Notes under the pieces: generated by a model
Told to the model about the DNA's origin: nothing
Database searches by the model: none
What the model saw: the letters and a program-made list of their open reading frames with translations, nothing else
Source: an uncultured Acidobacteriota bacterium
GTDB taxonomy: Bacteria; Acidobacteriota; Vicinamibacteria; Fen-336
Direction: 5' to 3'
Length of the DNA stretch: 64,000 bases
Assembly: GCA_964574335.1 (NCBI GenBank)
Contig: CAZNNH010000003.1
Location: 9,038 to 73,037 of the forward strand
Shown: positions 31,191 to 40,072 of the stretch, piece by piece
How the letters are laid out: every line of letters begins with the position of its first letter
Position numbering within the stretch: the first letter of the stretch is position 1
Program-made: the position numbers and the translations under genes

Positions 31191-32378
31191 ATGACGCCTC
31201 TGGAGATCCGGGAGAAGCTCGAGCCGCTGCTCGAGGTCCCTCGCGACCTGCTGCTCGGCCGCTACCCCGACTTCGTGACCGGCGGCGCGCTCCCCCGCGG
31301 ACAGGTCCCGGTCTTCGTCTTCCACAGCCTGGAGCCGGCGAGCTTCGAGCAGAAGCTCGTCCACCTGAAGGACAACGGCTACCAGACCCTCTCCGCCGAC
31401 GAGTACCTGGCGGTCCTCGAGGGCAAGACCGATCCGCCGGACCGCGCCGTCCTGCTCACCTTCGACGACGGACGCGGCAGCTTGTGGAGCGTCGGCCTCC
31501 CGCTGCTGCGCCGCTACGGGATGCGCGGCCTGGTGTTCCTGGTGGCCGACCGGATGGCCTCGCACGAGGCCACCCGGCCGACCTGGGACGACGTCCGGGA
31601 CGGTCGGGTCCCCGCCGGGGAGGTGCTCGGGCGCGAGCGCGGCAGCGGCGCCTTCCTCTCCTGGGACGAGGTCGAGGTCCTGGCCCGAGCCGAGGTCTAC
31701 TCCTTCCACAGCCACACGCTGCGTCATGCCCGGGTGCACACCCAGCCCCGGGTGAGAACCTTCCTCTCCCCCGCCCACCGCGCACCGGCCGATGTCCTGG
31801 ATGTGCCCCTGGTCCGCGAGGGCGACCACGACCTCTCGGCGGCGGAGCTGCCGCTCGGGACGCCACTGCTCGTGGCGAAGCCCCGGACCTCGGAGTGGCG
31901 GCGCTTCTTCGAGGACCCCGGGATCCGGGCGGCCTGTGTCGCGTTGGTGGCGGACGAGGGCGGCGCGGCCTTCTTCGAGCGCCCAGGCTGGAAACGCCGG
32001 CTGCACCGGACAGTGCCCCACCCCATCCCGGGGCGTCTCGAGACGCCGGCCGAGCGAGAGGCCGCGATCCGGGCCGAGCTCCTCGAGGCGAAGGCCCGGA
32101 TCGAGGCCCACACCGGGCGCCCTGTCGAGCACCTCTGCTATCCCTGGCACACGGCCGGCCCCACCGCCCGGCGCCTGGCCGCCGAGGTCGGCTATCGAAC
32201 CGCGTTCTGCGGCAAGGTGAAGGGCGTGCCGGTGACGCTCCCAGGCGGTGACCTCCTCTCCATCGCCAGGGTCGGCGAGGACTACCTCGAGCTGCTGCCC
32301 GGGAAGGGACGGGGCCGGCTCTTCGAGGTGCTGCTCAGGAAGTGGCGACGCCGAGTCACGCCGGGGGTGCCTCCGTAG
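31191..32378 (+). CDS. Polysaccharide deacetylase (CE4 / NodB homology domain)
   Basis: 'AVLLTFDDGRGSLW' (the TFDDG Asp-Asp metal-binding motif), 'FHSHTLRH' (His pair) and 'LCYPWH'. Confidence 0.8.
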   Translation: MTPLEIREKLEPLLEVPRDLLLGRYPDFVTGGALPRGQVPVFVFHSLEPASFEQKLVHLKDNGYQTLSADEYLAVLEGKTDPPDRAVLLTFDDGRGSLWSVGLPLLRRYGMRGLVFLVADRMASHEATRPTWDDVRDGRVPAGEVLGRERGSGAFLSWDEVEVLARAEVYSFHSHTLRHARVHTQPRVRTFLSPAHRAPADVLDVPLVREGDHDLSAAELPLGTPLLVAKPRTSEWRRFFEDPGIRAACVALVADEGGAAFFERPGWKRRLHRTVPHPIPGRLETPAEREAAIRAELLEAKARIEAHTGRPVEHLCYPWHTAGPTARRLAAEVGYRTAFCGKVKGVPVTLPGGDLLSIARVGEDYLELLPGKGRGRLFEVLLRKWRRRVTPGVPP

Positions 32379-32433
32379 TACCATTCGCCGCACTCCGTGT
32401 TCGCCCGGCCGGCTGGGCCGCGTGGGAGGTCAT

Positions 32434-33078
32434 GTGGTGACCGCGACGACGAAGCCCGCCCGAGGGAGCCACCTCCTGCTCCCCGTTCTCCCGTTGCGGG
32501 ACGTCTGCCTGTTCCCGGAGGCCCACCTCGCGGTGAGCATCGTGCGCCCCCCCGTGCTCGAAGCCCTGGCGATCGCGCGACGCGCGGGAGGCCGGCTGCT
32601 GGCCCTGGCCCAGAAGGATCCTTCCTCACCCAGCCCGGGCCCGGCCAACCTGCACGACGTGGGCACCGTGGCCGGGCTCGGCTCGGCAAGCCCGCTGGAG
32701 ACCGGCCGCTCGGCCATCGACGAGGGCTCCGAGCTTCTGGAGCTGATCGGTCAGAGCCGTGCGCGGGTGGTCGGCCTGCTCGGGACCGGCGTGCTGATCG
32801 CGGAGGTGGAGCTTCTCGACGAGGGCTCACCCGGTGACGAGTGGGGTCCGGCGGTCGAGGCCCTGGCCCGCTACATCCACGCCCACTCGGAGCTGCGAAG
32901 CTTCCTCGACGAGCAGCGCCGATCCAACGCCCCCATGGCCTGGGTGAACCTGGCCTGCCAGCACCTCCCGATCACCGCCACGGCGCGCCAGCGGCTGCTC
33001 GCCTGCGACGCCGCCGAGCGTTGCGCCAAGATCAGCCGCGGCCTCGACGCCCTGCTGCGCAAGGAGCAGTCGACCTGA
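32434..33078 (+). CDS. Stand-alone Lon protease N-terminal (LON substrate-binding) domain protein
   Basis: 'LLLPVLPLRDVCLFPEAHLAVSIVRPPVLEAL' matches the Lon N-domain start (IPLLPLRDVVVFPxMVxPLxVGRxxSIxAL). There is no AAA+ or protease domain. GTG start with a GGGAGG Shine-Dalgarno sequence 4 nt upstream. Confidence 0.65.
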   Translation: MVTATTKPARGSHLLLPVLPLRDVCLFPEAHLAVSIVRPPVLEALAIARRAGGRLLALAQKDPSSPSPGPANLHDVGTVAGLGSASPLETGRSAIDEGSELLELIGQSRARVVGLLGTGVLIAEVELLDEGSPGDEWGPAVEALARYIHAHSELRSFLDEQRRSNAPMAWVNLACQHLPITATARQRLLACDAAERCAKISRGLDALLRKEQST

Positions 33079-33100
33079 GCCGACCGGGCACCGGCCGCCC

Positions 33101-35038
33101 TCAGGGCGAGGCCATGGGCCGTGGCCGCCTGGCGACCTCGAGCCGGATCCGAACGAAGCACCCGAGGTTTCGGCCGTCCACATCCGCCCCCGGTCCCAGC
33201 GAGCGGAAGCGCAGCACGTAGACGAAGGTGTCGTAGTAGGGGAAGCCCTTCCCCGGCCGCAGCTCGATCCGGCGGGTGTCCCCCGGCGGCACCCGCACCG
33301 GCTGCCGGTGCGCGAGGCGGACCGTGTCGCCCGCCGGACCGCCCTTCAACTCGATCGTCATCCCGACCACCGGCTCCAGCGCCCGCAGGATGACCTCGGC
33401 CGGCTCCCCGCCTCGGATCCAGAAGCCCTGCTCCCCCTCCGGGACCGGGTCTCCCTTCCGGACCCAGAAGCCTTTCCCCCGCCCCCCCTCGAGGCCGTAG
33501 GTCCCGTCATCGGTGAAGTAGAGGTAGTAGGCCTTGGGGTCGGCCGGCCAGTTCCGCCAGCGGTCCCCCTCGGTGTCGCCGACCGAGCGCTTCTTGCGCC
33601 ACGGCTCGGTGAACACGCTCAGGTCGTTGAGCATGGTCAGCTCGGCCGGCAGGACACGGAACGGCGCTGCGGCGGCGTGGCGGCCCGGCTGGAGCGAGTG
33701 GCGAAGCGGGGAGCCGAGCACCGGGGCCAGGAACACCACCCCGCCCAAGAAGCCCAGGATCGCCACCGGCCACTCGCGGCCGCGTGGCACCAGCAGCACG
33801 GCCAGGGGCAGCAGGTTCAGGAAGTAGCGGTTCCCCACCGTACCGCCGCCGCCGTACCAGTTGTCGGGGATCATCTGGATGTAGAACAGGAACCCGACCA
33901 GAAGCGCCAGCAGCGACAGCCACCCCTCCCGGCTCCGGGGCCCGGCCAGCAGGAAGACCAGCACCGTGGCCAGGGCGCCGGTGTAGTAGGCCAGGACGCC
34001 GCCGAACCTTCCCACCCAGAAGTAGCCGAGGTTGCGCACGAACGCGGCCCGGAACTCGTAGGCCGGTCGCGGCGGACCGGTGCGCCGGGTCACCAGCTCG
34101 TCGTCCTGCCCCTGAACCAGCGGCCCGAGATGGTCGGTGGTCATCCACTGGCCGCTGTTGCCGAACGTGGTCTCCCCGTCGAAGGGGAACCGCCCGTAGA
34201 ACGTCTTGCGCTCGCCCCCCTGGTAGTTCACCTCTCCGGTGAGCGCGCCGTTCAGGCCGAACAGCACCAGCACGGTCGTCGCCATCACCGCCCCCCGCCG
34301 CAACGACTCGACGAAGCCCCGGGCCAGCCGAGCGCGACCGGACACGAGCAGGGGCGACACGCCCAGCGGGAGCGCCAGCCAGAGGTTGTAGGGCTTCGAG
34401 TAGGTGGCGATCCCCAGAAGCACCGCCGAGAGAAGCGGTCGGTCGCGGCGCCACGCCCACAGCCCCGCCGCCACCAGCGAGAGATTGAAGATCTCGGGCG
34501 TCAGCCACAGCAGGTAGAGGGGTGCCACCGACGCCAGGTACAGGGCCGAGGTGGTGGCCAGGGCGCGGGCCGGGCTCGACTGCCGGCGCAGCTCGCCGTA
34601 GCCCATGAAGAGGCAAAGCGCCAGAAGCGCCGAGTTGAAGACCAGGAAGCCGCGGTCCCCCAATACCGCCACGAACGGGGCCGCGAAGGCCGGATAGGCC
34701 AAGGCCTTGGCGAAGTAGATCGGGCGGTGCTCGGGGTCGACCAGGGCCCGGCGCAGGAACGGGAGACCGTGCGCCGAGTCCCAGGTGAGGCCTCCCCGCG
34801 TGCGCTTCAGGAAGATCCCCTGCGGCTCGCTTCCGTAACGCTGCTTCACCCGCTCGAGGTCCTTCGGCTGATAGCGGAGGTCGAGGTCCTCGGCCAGGCT
34901 CCAGGTCATCGAGTAGTAGGTCGAGGCGTCGCTCCAGAACTGGTGGCCGGCCTCTTCCGGAAGGTCGAAGCCAAGGGAGGCGACGAGAAGCATCGCCGTC
35001 AGCAGCCCCAGGATGCCGCGGGCGAGCCGATCGCTCAC
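33101..35038 (-). CDS. Large polytopic membrane protein, probably a GT-C-fold glycosyltransferase (PMT/ArnT-like)
   Basis: About 645 aa. At least 12 predicted TM helices across the N-terminal 450 aa and a soluble C-terminal domain of about 200 aa. Its position beside a GT2 polyprenol-phosphate sugar synthase fits a lipid-linked-sugar GT-C. The GTG start at 35038 overlaps the epimerase TGA in a GTGA overlap. An alternative ATG lies at 34993. Confidence 0.6.
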   Translation of the reverse strand: MSDRLARGILGLLTAMLLVASLGFDLPEEAGHQFWSDASTYYSMTWSLAEDLDLRYQPKDLERVKQRYGSEPQGIFLKRTRGGLTWDSAHGLPFLRRALVDPEHRPIYFAKALAYPAFAAPFVAVLGDRGFLVFNSALLALCLFMGYGELRRQSSPARALATTSALYLASVAPLYLLWLTPEIFNLSLVAAGLWAWRRDRPLLSAVLLGIATYSKPYNLWLALPLGVSPLLVSGRARLARGFVESLRRGAVMATTVLVLFGLNGALTGEVNYQGGERKTFYGRFPFDGETTFGNSGQWMTTDHLGPLVQGQDDELVTRRTGPPRPAYEFRAAFVRNLGYFWVGRFGGVLAYYTGALATVLVFLLAGPRSREGWLSLLALLVGFLFYIQMIPDNWYGGGGTVGNRYFLNLLPLAVLLVPRGREWPVAILGFLGGVVFLAPVLGSPLRHSLQPGRHAAAAPFRVLPAELTMLNDLSVFTEPWRKKRSVGDTEGDRWRNWPADPKAYYLYFTDDGTYGLEGGRGKGFWVRKGDPVPEGEQGFWIRGGEPAEVILRALEPVVGMTIELKGGPAGDTVRLAHRQPVRVPPGDTRRIELRPGKGFPYYDTFVYVLRFRSLGPGADVDGRNLGCFVRIRLEVARRPRPMASP

Positions 35039-36015
35039 AGCCAACCCGCTTCCCGATACCACGCGGCGGTGCGCTCCACGCCCTCGTCGACGTCCACCCG
35101 CGGCGCGTATCCGAGTAACCGGCGCGCCTTGGCGATCGAGAAGGCCCGGCTCTTGGTCCAGAAGTCCACCCGGCGCCGGTGCAGCGGCGGCTCCATGCCC
35201 AGCGGGACGCAGATCGCCTGGCACAGGTCCCCCGCCCACTGGATCGGACGAGCGGGAATCCGGAAGGGCAGCACCCGTCCGCCGGTGTGCCGGGCGATGA
35301 TCGCGGCCAGCTCGCGCTGCGAGACGTGGCGGGGCCCGGCCAGGATGAACGCCTCCCCCACCGCCTCCGGCCTTTCGGCGGCCAGCAGGAAGCCGTCGAC
35401 CAGATCATCGATGTAGACCAGGTGGTAGCGGGGTCGGCCCGAACCGACCAGCGCGTAGCGGCCCCGGGCGATGGCCCGGAACAGCTTGAGCAGGCGGGTC
35501 TCGCCGGGGCCGTAGATGGCGCCCGGACGGACCACCGCCACCGGAAGGCCCCGCTCGCGATGGAAGTCGAGGGCCAGCCGCTCGGCCTCCGACTTGGTCT
35601 CCTGGTACACGTCGCCGGGGCGGTGCGGTGACGATTCGTCGGCCTCGCCCTCCTTGACGTCGCCGTGAACGCCCACCGTCGACGTGTGGACGAACCGCGA
35701 AACCCCGGCTCGAGAGCTGGCTTCCAGCAGCCGCCGGGTGCCCAGGACGTTGACCTCCCGATAGTAGCTGTCGGGATGGCCGGCGGTCCGGTAGACCGCG
35801 GCCACGTGCAGCACCACCTGCGCTTTTTCCACCAGCCGTCGCAGGGCGGCCTCGTCGCCGAGGTCACCCTCCACCAGCTCCGCCCCGCTCTCCCGCAGGT
35901 CCGCCGTGATCGAGCCCGGCCGGACCAACGCCGAGACCTGTCGCCCCTCCCGCAGCAGCCGGCGCAGCAGGTGGCCGCCGGTGTAGCCCGACGCGCCGGT
36001 GAGCGCCACCTTCAT
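35035..36015 (-). CDS. NAD-dependent epimerase/dehydratase (extended SDR)
   Basis: 'MKVALTGASGYTGGHLLRRLL' (the GxxGxxG Rossmann motif), the active-site 'YQETK' (YxxxK) and 'VRPGAIYGPG'. Confidence 0.85.
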   Translation of the reverse strand: MKVALTGASGYTGGHLLRRLLREGRQVSALVRPGSITADLRESGAELVEGDLGDEAALRRLVEKAQVVLHVAAVYRTAGHPDSYYREVNVLGTRRLLEASSRAGVSRFVHTSTVGVHGDVKEGEADESSPHRPGDVYQETKSEAERLALDFHRERGLPVAVVRPGAIYGPGETRLLKLFRAIARGRYALVGSGRPRYHLVYIDDLVDGFLLAAERPEAVGEAFILAGPRHVSQRELAAIIARHTGGRVLPFRIPARPIQWAGDLCQAICVPLGMEPPLHRRRVDFWTKSRAFSIAKARRLLGYAPRVDVDEGVERTAAWYREAGWL

Positions 36016-36310
36016 CGCACCCGTCAACTGGCTCAACCTGGGCTCCCTCTCGGCCGCGCGATCGCCTCATGAGGCGCGACCGCCCGAGGCGCGACCGCGT
36101 GCCGCGCCAGTGTACCCGAGGAGCCCGATCTGCCGGTTGTCCCAAGCCGCCCGATCGCCAGCCGGCAGGCCGCCTCCGGGGGCTCGGATCCTTGACTTAT
36201 CTCGGGCCGCAACCTATTGTCTCGATGGGAGTAGGCCGCCTTCGGGTGGCGCCCCGGAAAGACGCTCGTCAGCCGGCCTGGGGTAGCCCCTCCCGAGACT
36301 GGAGGGTCAT

Positions 36311-37402
36311 ATGGCCAAGCGACGCCACGAGCTGGACACTCGCGTCTTCACCGTTTTCCTCCTCGTCGCCATGCCGTTCGTGGCCTTCGGCTCCATCGTG
36401 GTGGTCACGATGGCGCGAGGCGCTCTTCACGACTCGGTCGGCCAGAGCCTCGAGCAGCGGGCGTTCCAGACCAAGCTGCTGATCGAGCGCTACGTGGCGG
36501 ACCAGGTGGTGATGCTCCGGATGCTGGCCGCGGACCCACAGGTCCAGGACGCGCTGGCGGCCAGCGCACGCGATCGCTCCGACGACGCCCAGCGCCTGGA
36601 GCATGCCTCCAAGTCGGCGTTGGCCGAGAGGCTTCGCGGGCAGGCCCAGATCCGCCCGGGTGTCATCGTCATCCACGCCCTGGATGCGGCCGGGCGTCTG
36701 GCCGCCACCTCCGGCCGGATGGGCCCGGTGGACCAGGCCGACGCCGACTGGTTCCGGGCCCTGGCGCAGGACGAGCAGCCCGAGCCCTTCGTCGGCGACA
36801 TCCACAAGGCCGCCAACGGCCAGGGGGTCATCGAGATCGCCTACCCGGTCTACGGCGACGACGGGCAGTGGCTGGGGGGAGTGCAGACCGTCCTCGAGTC
36901 GGCCGATCTCTACTCGGTGCTGGCGCCGGTCCGTGTCGGTCGCACCGGCCATGCCGAGCTCATCCACAGCAAGGACGGGCTGATCCTGGCCTCCGACAAC
37001 TCGGCTCGCGAGCTGTCGATGGTCTACCCGGGGTTCTCGGCGATCCAGGCGGCGATCCGTGAGCGCCGCGGCTTCTGGATCATCCCCGACGTCGACGAGG
37101 CCAAGGAAGACGGCTCCCACTTCAAGGAGCCGGCCCGGATGATGGGATACGCCCGCGTCGAGCAGGTGCCGAACGCCGAGTGGTGCGTGGTGGTCGAGCA
37201 GGAGCTGAGCGAGGCCAACGCTCCGATCCGGATGGTGACCCGATACCTGTGGATCCACTTCATCGGCGGCTTCGGCACCGTGATCCTGCTGGCCCTCTAC
37301 TTCTCGTTCAAGCTGGAGACCCCGGTGCTCGAGGAGGAGCTGCATCTCCACGAGCAGCACATCCCGCCGAGCATGAAGACGGAGGCCTCCGCCGCGGAGT
37401 GA
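36311..37402 (+). CDS. Membrane-anchored periplasmic sensor-like (Cache-like) domain protein without an output domain
   Basis: TM1 (VFTVFLLVAMPFVAFGSIVVV), a periplasmic region of about 260 aa with Cache-like features, TM2 (YLWIHFIGGFGTVILLALYF) and a 35-aa cytoplasmic tail. There is no kinase, MCP or GGDEF domain. Confidence 0.55.
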   Translation: MAKRRHELDTRVFTVFLLVAMPFVAFGSIVVVTMARGALHDSVGQSLEQRAFQTKLLIERYVADQVVMLRMLAADPQVQDALAASARDRSDDAQRLEHASKSALAERLRGQAQIRPGVIVIHALDAAGRLAATSGRMGPVDQADADWFRALAQDEQPEPFVGDIHKAANGQGVIEIAYPVYGDDGQWLGGVQTVLESADLYSVLAPVRVGRTGHAELIHSKDGLILASDNSARELSMVYPGFSAIQAAIRERRGFWIIPDVDEAKEDGSHFKEPARMMGYARVEQVPNAEWCVVVEQELSEANAPIRMVTRYLWIHFIGGFGTVILLALYFSFKLETPVLEEELHLHEQHIPPSMKTEASAAE

Positions 37403-38588
37403 GCTCGGCGAAGAGGGAGAGGTAGCGGTCTCGGCAGTCGGTGGCGTCGAACCGCGACGAGGCGACGAGGCGGCCGCTTCGTCCCATCGCTCGGCGCCGC
37501 GGGGCGTCCTCGGCCAGCCGGCCGATCGCCGCGGCCAGCTCCGAGGTCTCGCCGGGCGTGAACAGCAGCCCGGAGCCTCCGTCGTCGATCACGTCGACGA
37601 TCCCCCCGGTGCGGGCTCCGATGCAAGGGAGCCCGCACGCCGCCGCCTCCACCAGGGAGAGGCCGAGGGCCTCGAACCAGGACGGGAACACGAACACGTC
37701 GCCGGCCTGCAGGTACTCCTCGACGTTCTCCACCCGGCCGGTGAAGGTCACCCGGCCCCGCAGCGTCTCCTGCCGCGAACGATCGAGAAGCTCGTCCTCG
37801 ACCGAGAGTGACTGGCCGTGTCCGGAGCCGACCAGCACCAGGTGGAGATCGGGGTGGCCCGGAAGGGCGGCCTCCAAGGCGTCCAGCAAGACGTCGAGCC
37901 CCTTCCCCCGCAGCAGCCTTCCGGTGTAGACCAGGAGAAGACCATCCACCGGGAGCCCCAGGCGCCGTCGGAGCTCAGGGCGCGTCGAGGTCTCGATCGG
38001 CTGGAACCTCCGAAGATCCACGCCGTGGGGGATCAGGTGGATCCTCTCGGGTGGGATCCCGCAGACCCGCATCTCCTCGTGGATCCGGCGCGACATGGCG
38101 ACGAAGGCATCGGCGTCCCTCATCCAGAGGTTGCGGACGCGGGTGGCCAGACGGACCGCGCTTCCCACCGCCGACCGCTCGAGCCCGGTGCCCCAGGTGT
38201 AGACCTCGCCGCTCAGCTCGCCGTTGACCTCGGGCTGGATCACCACCCGCGCCCCGTGTGCCCGGCCCATCAGCAGCCCGGGCAGGCCCAGCACCCGCGA
38301 GCCCCGGACCACCAGCACGTCGTAGCACCGCCGCAGCCGGTGCAAGGCCAGGCCGGCCCAGGGGACCATCAGGTACTTGCCGAGCCGCCCCGGACCCGCC
38401 GGAGGTACCCGCCGCACCTTCACCCCGTGAAGCGTCTCCTCGACCGGCAGGTGCCCCTCGCTGCGACGGGTGACCACCGTCGCCTCCATGCCGGCGGCGA
38501 CCAGCCCCGTCGAGAGCTCGCGGATGTGGCGCTCGCCCCCGCCCAACACGGGATGGAAAGACTCGGTGAGGAAGACGATCCGGGTCAA
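37308..38588 (-). CDS. Glycosyltransferase family 1 (GT4-type)
   Basis: 'MTRIVFLTESFHPVLGGGERHIREL' (GT4 N-domain) and C-terminal 'FVFPSWFEALGLSLVEAAACGLPCIGARTGG' (E-x7-E). The 3' end overlaps the convergent Cache-like gene by about 95 nt. Confidence 0.85.
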   Translation of the reverse strand: MTRIVFLTESFHPVLGGGERHIRELSTGLVAAGMEATVVTRRSEGHLPVEETLHGVKVRRVPPAGPGRLGKYLMVPWAGLALHRLRRCYDVLVVRGSRVLGLPGLLMGRAHGARVVIQPEVNGELSGEVYTWGTGLERSAVGSAVRLATRVRNLWMRDADAFVAMSRRIHEEMRVCGIPPERIHLIPHGVDLRRFQPIETSTRPELRRRLGLPVDGLLLVYTGRLLRGKGLDVLLDALEAALPGHPDLHLVLVGSGHGQSLSVEDELLDRSRQETLRGRVTFTGRVENVEEYLQAGDVFVFPSWFEALGLSLVEAAACGLPCIGARTGGIVDVIDDGGSGLLFTPGETSELAAAIGRLAEDAPRRRAMGRSGRLVASSRFDATDCRDRYLSLFAELTPRRRPPSSCSAGCAARGDAAPPRAPGSPA

Positions 38589-39562
38589 GGTCGCGGGCGA
38601 CCCTCAGGTCCCGGCCGCCGCAACTGCTTGATCACGTAGATGGGCTTCCCCTGGCTCTCGTGGTAGGTGCGGACCAGCAGCTCGGCGACCAGCCCGAAGT
38701 TGACCAGGATGATGCCGGTCAGCAGCAACAGCGCCCCCAGCAGGAGCAGGGGACGGCCGCCGATCGCCGTGTCCATGAACAGCCGGATGAAGGAGAGGTA
38801 GCAGAGGATGGCCAGCCCGGCCCCACCACAGCCCAGCCCCATGAACCCGAAGAGGTGGGCCGGTCGCGTCCCGTAGGCGAGCAGGAACTTGACCGTGAAC
38901 AGGTCGAGGACGACTCGGAAGGTGCGGCCGAGCCCGTACTTGGTGACCCCACGGACCCGCGGGCGATGGTTGACCTCCAGCTCGGCCAGGGTCACGCCCA
39001 TCCAGGACGCCACCGCCGGGATGAAGCGGTGCATCTCCCCGTAGAGCCGGAGCCCCTTGGCCACCTCGGACCGCATCGCCTTCAGCGAGCAGCCGTGGTC
39101 GTGGACGGAGACGCCGGTGGCCCACCGGATCAGGCGGTTGGCGAACCACGAGGGGATCCGCTTCGACGGCGGGTCCATCCGCCGCCGGCGCCAGCCGCAG
39201 ACCATGTCGAATCCCTCGTCCAGCTTGGCCAGCAGCCGGGGGATGTCGGCGGGGTCGTTCTGCAGGTCGCCGTCGGAGGTGACCACCACCTCCCCGCGGG
39301 CGTGGTCGAAACCCGCCGAGAAGGCCGCGGTCTGGCCGAAGTTGCGGCGCAGCCGCAGCACCCGCACCCGCGGGTCGCGGGCCTCGATCGCGAGCAGCCG
39401 CTCGAGGGTGCGGTCGCTCGAGCCGTCGTCGATCATCAGCAGCTCGTAGCTGCGGCCGGTGCGGGCCAGGCTCTCGGTCAGCTCGAGGTGGAGCTGCTCG
39501 ACGTTGGCCTCCTCGTTGAACAACGGGATGACGACGGAGACCTCGGGAGGATCACTGCTCAT
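38585..39562 (-). CDS. GT2 polyprenol-phosphate sugar synthase (DPM1/ArnC/GtrB-like)
   Basis: 'VSVVIPLFNEE', 'LLMIDDGSSD', 'VTSDGDLQNDP' (DxD) and 'FRRNFGQ' followed by two C-terminal TM helices. This is the classic ArnC/GtrB/Ppm1 architecture. Confidence 0.85.
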   Translation of the reverse strand: MSSDPPEVSVVIPLFNEEANVEQLHLELTESLARTGRSYELLMIDDGSSDRTLERLLAIEARDPRVRVLRLRRNFGQTAAFSAGFDHARGEVVVTSDGDLQNDPADIPRLLAKLDEGFDMVCGWRRRRMDPPSKRIPSWFANRLIRWATGVSVHDHGCSLKAMRSEVAKGLRLYGEMHRFIPAVASWMGVTLAELEVNHRPRVRGVTKYGLGRTFRVVLDLFTVKFLLAYGTRPAHLFGFMGLGCGGAGLAILCYLSFIRLFMDTAIGGRPLLLLGALLLLTGIILVNFGLVAELLVRTYHESQGKPIYVIKQLRRPGPEGRPRP

Positions 39563-39607
39563 GGCCCTGAAGTATACGGGGGCCTGCCGCCCGACGGTGA
39601 GCCGGGC

Positions 39608-40072
39608 TCAGACGCCGGCCATCACCAGGTAGACCCAGTTGGCGATCAGCAGGACGACCGCCGCCACCCGGGCCGCCCGCGCGGCGGAGGGCGACAGCTC
39701 CAGGCCGAGAGCCCGCCCGCTGGGCAGAAGCGCCGCATCCACGGCGCCCCAGACCAGCACCGCCGCCGCCACCAGCGTGACCAGCGGGTTCAGGCGCAGC
39801 GCCGTCTCCAGGTGGAGCCGGACGAGCTGCCCAACGGCGCGCGTCCCGCCGCAGCTCAGGCACGGCAAGCCGGTCATCTGCTTGAACAGGCAGACCGGGA
39901 ACGGCAGCCGATCGAGGTGCAGCAGCAGCACCGCGACGCCCCCCAACAGGCCGCAGCCCGCCAGAATGGCTCCCAGCGGCCGCCCGCCGCGGACGGCGGT
40001 CAGCCGGACCCGGCCCGGGCGCGGACGAGTCTCGCAGCCAGTGGGCGGCGACGCGACCTCGGTGGCACTCAC
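39608..40072 (-). CDS. DUF2752-family small membrane protein
   Basis: 'CLFKQMTGLPCLSCGGTRA' matches the DUF2752 'LTGxPCPxCGxTRA' motif. 3-4 TM helices. The proposed GTG start overlaps the yip1 stop by 4 nt. Confidence 0.5.
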   Translation of the reverse strand: MSATEVASPPTGCETRPRPGRVRLTAVRGGRPLGAILAGCGLLGGVAVLLLHLDRLPFPVCLFKQMTGLPCLSCGGTRAVGQLVRLHLETALRLNPLVTLVAAAVLVWGAVDAALLPSGRALGLELSPSAARAARVAAVVLLIANWVYLVMAGV

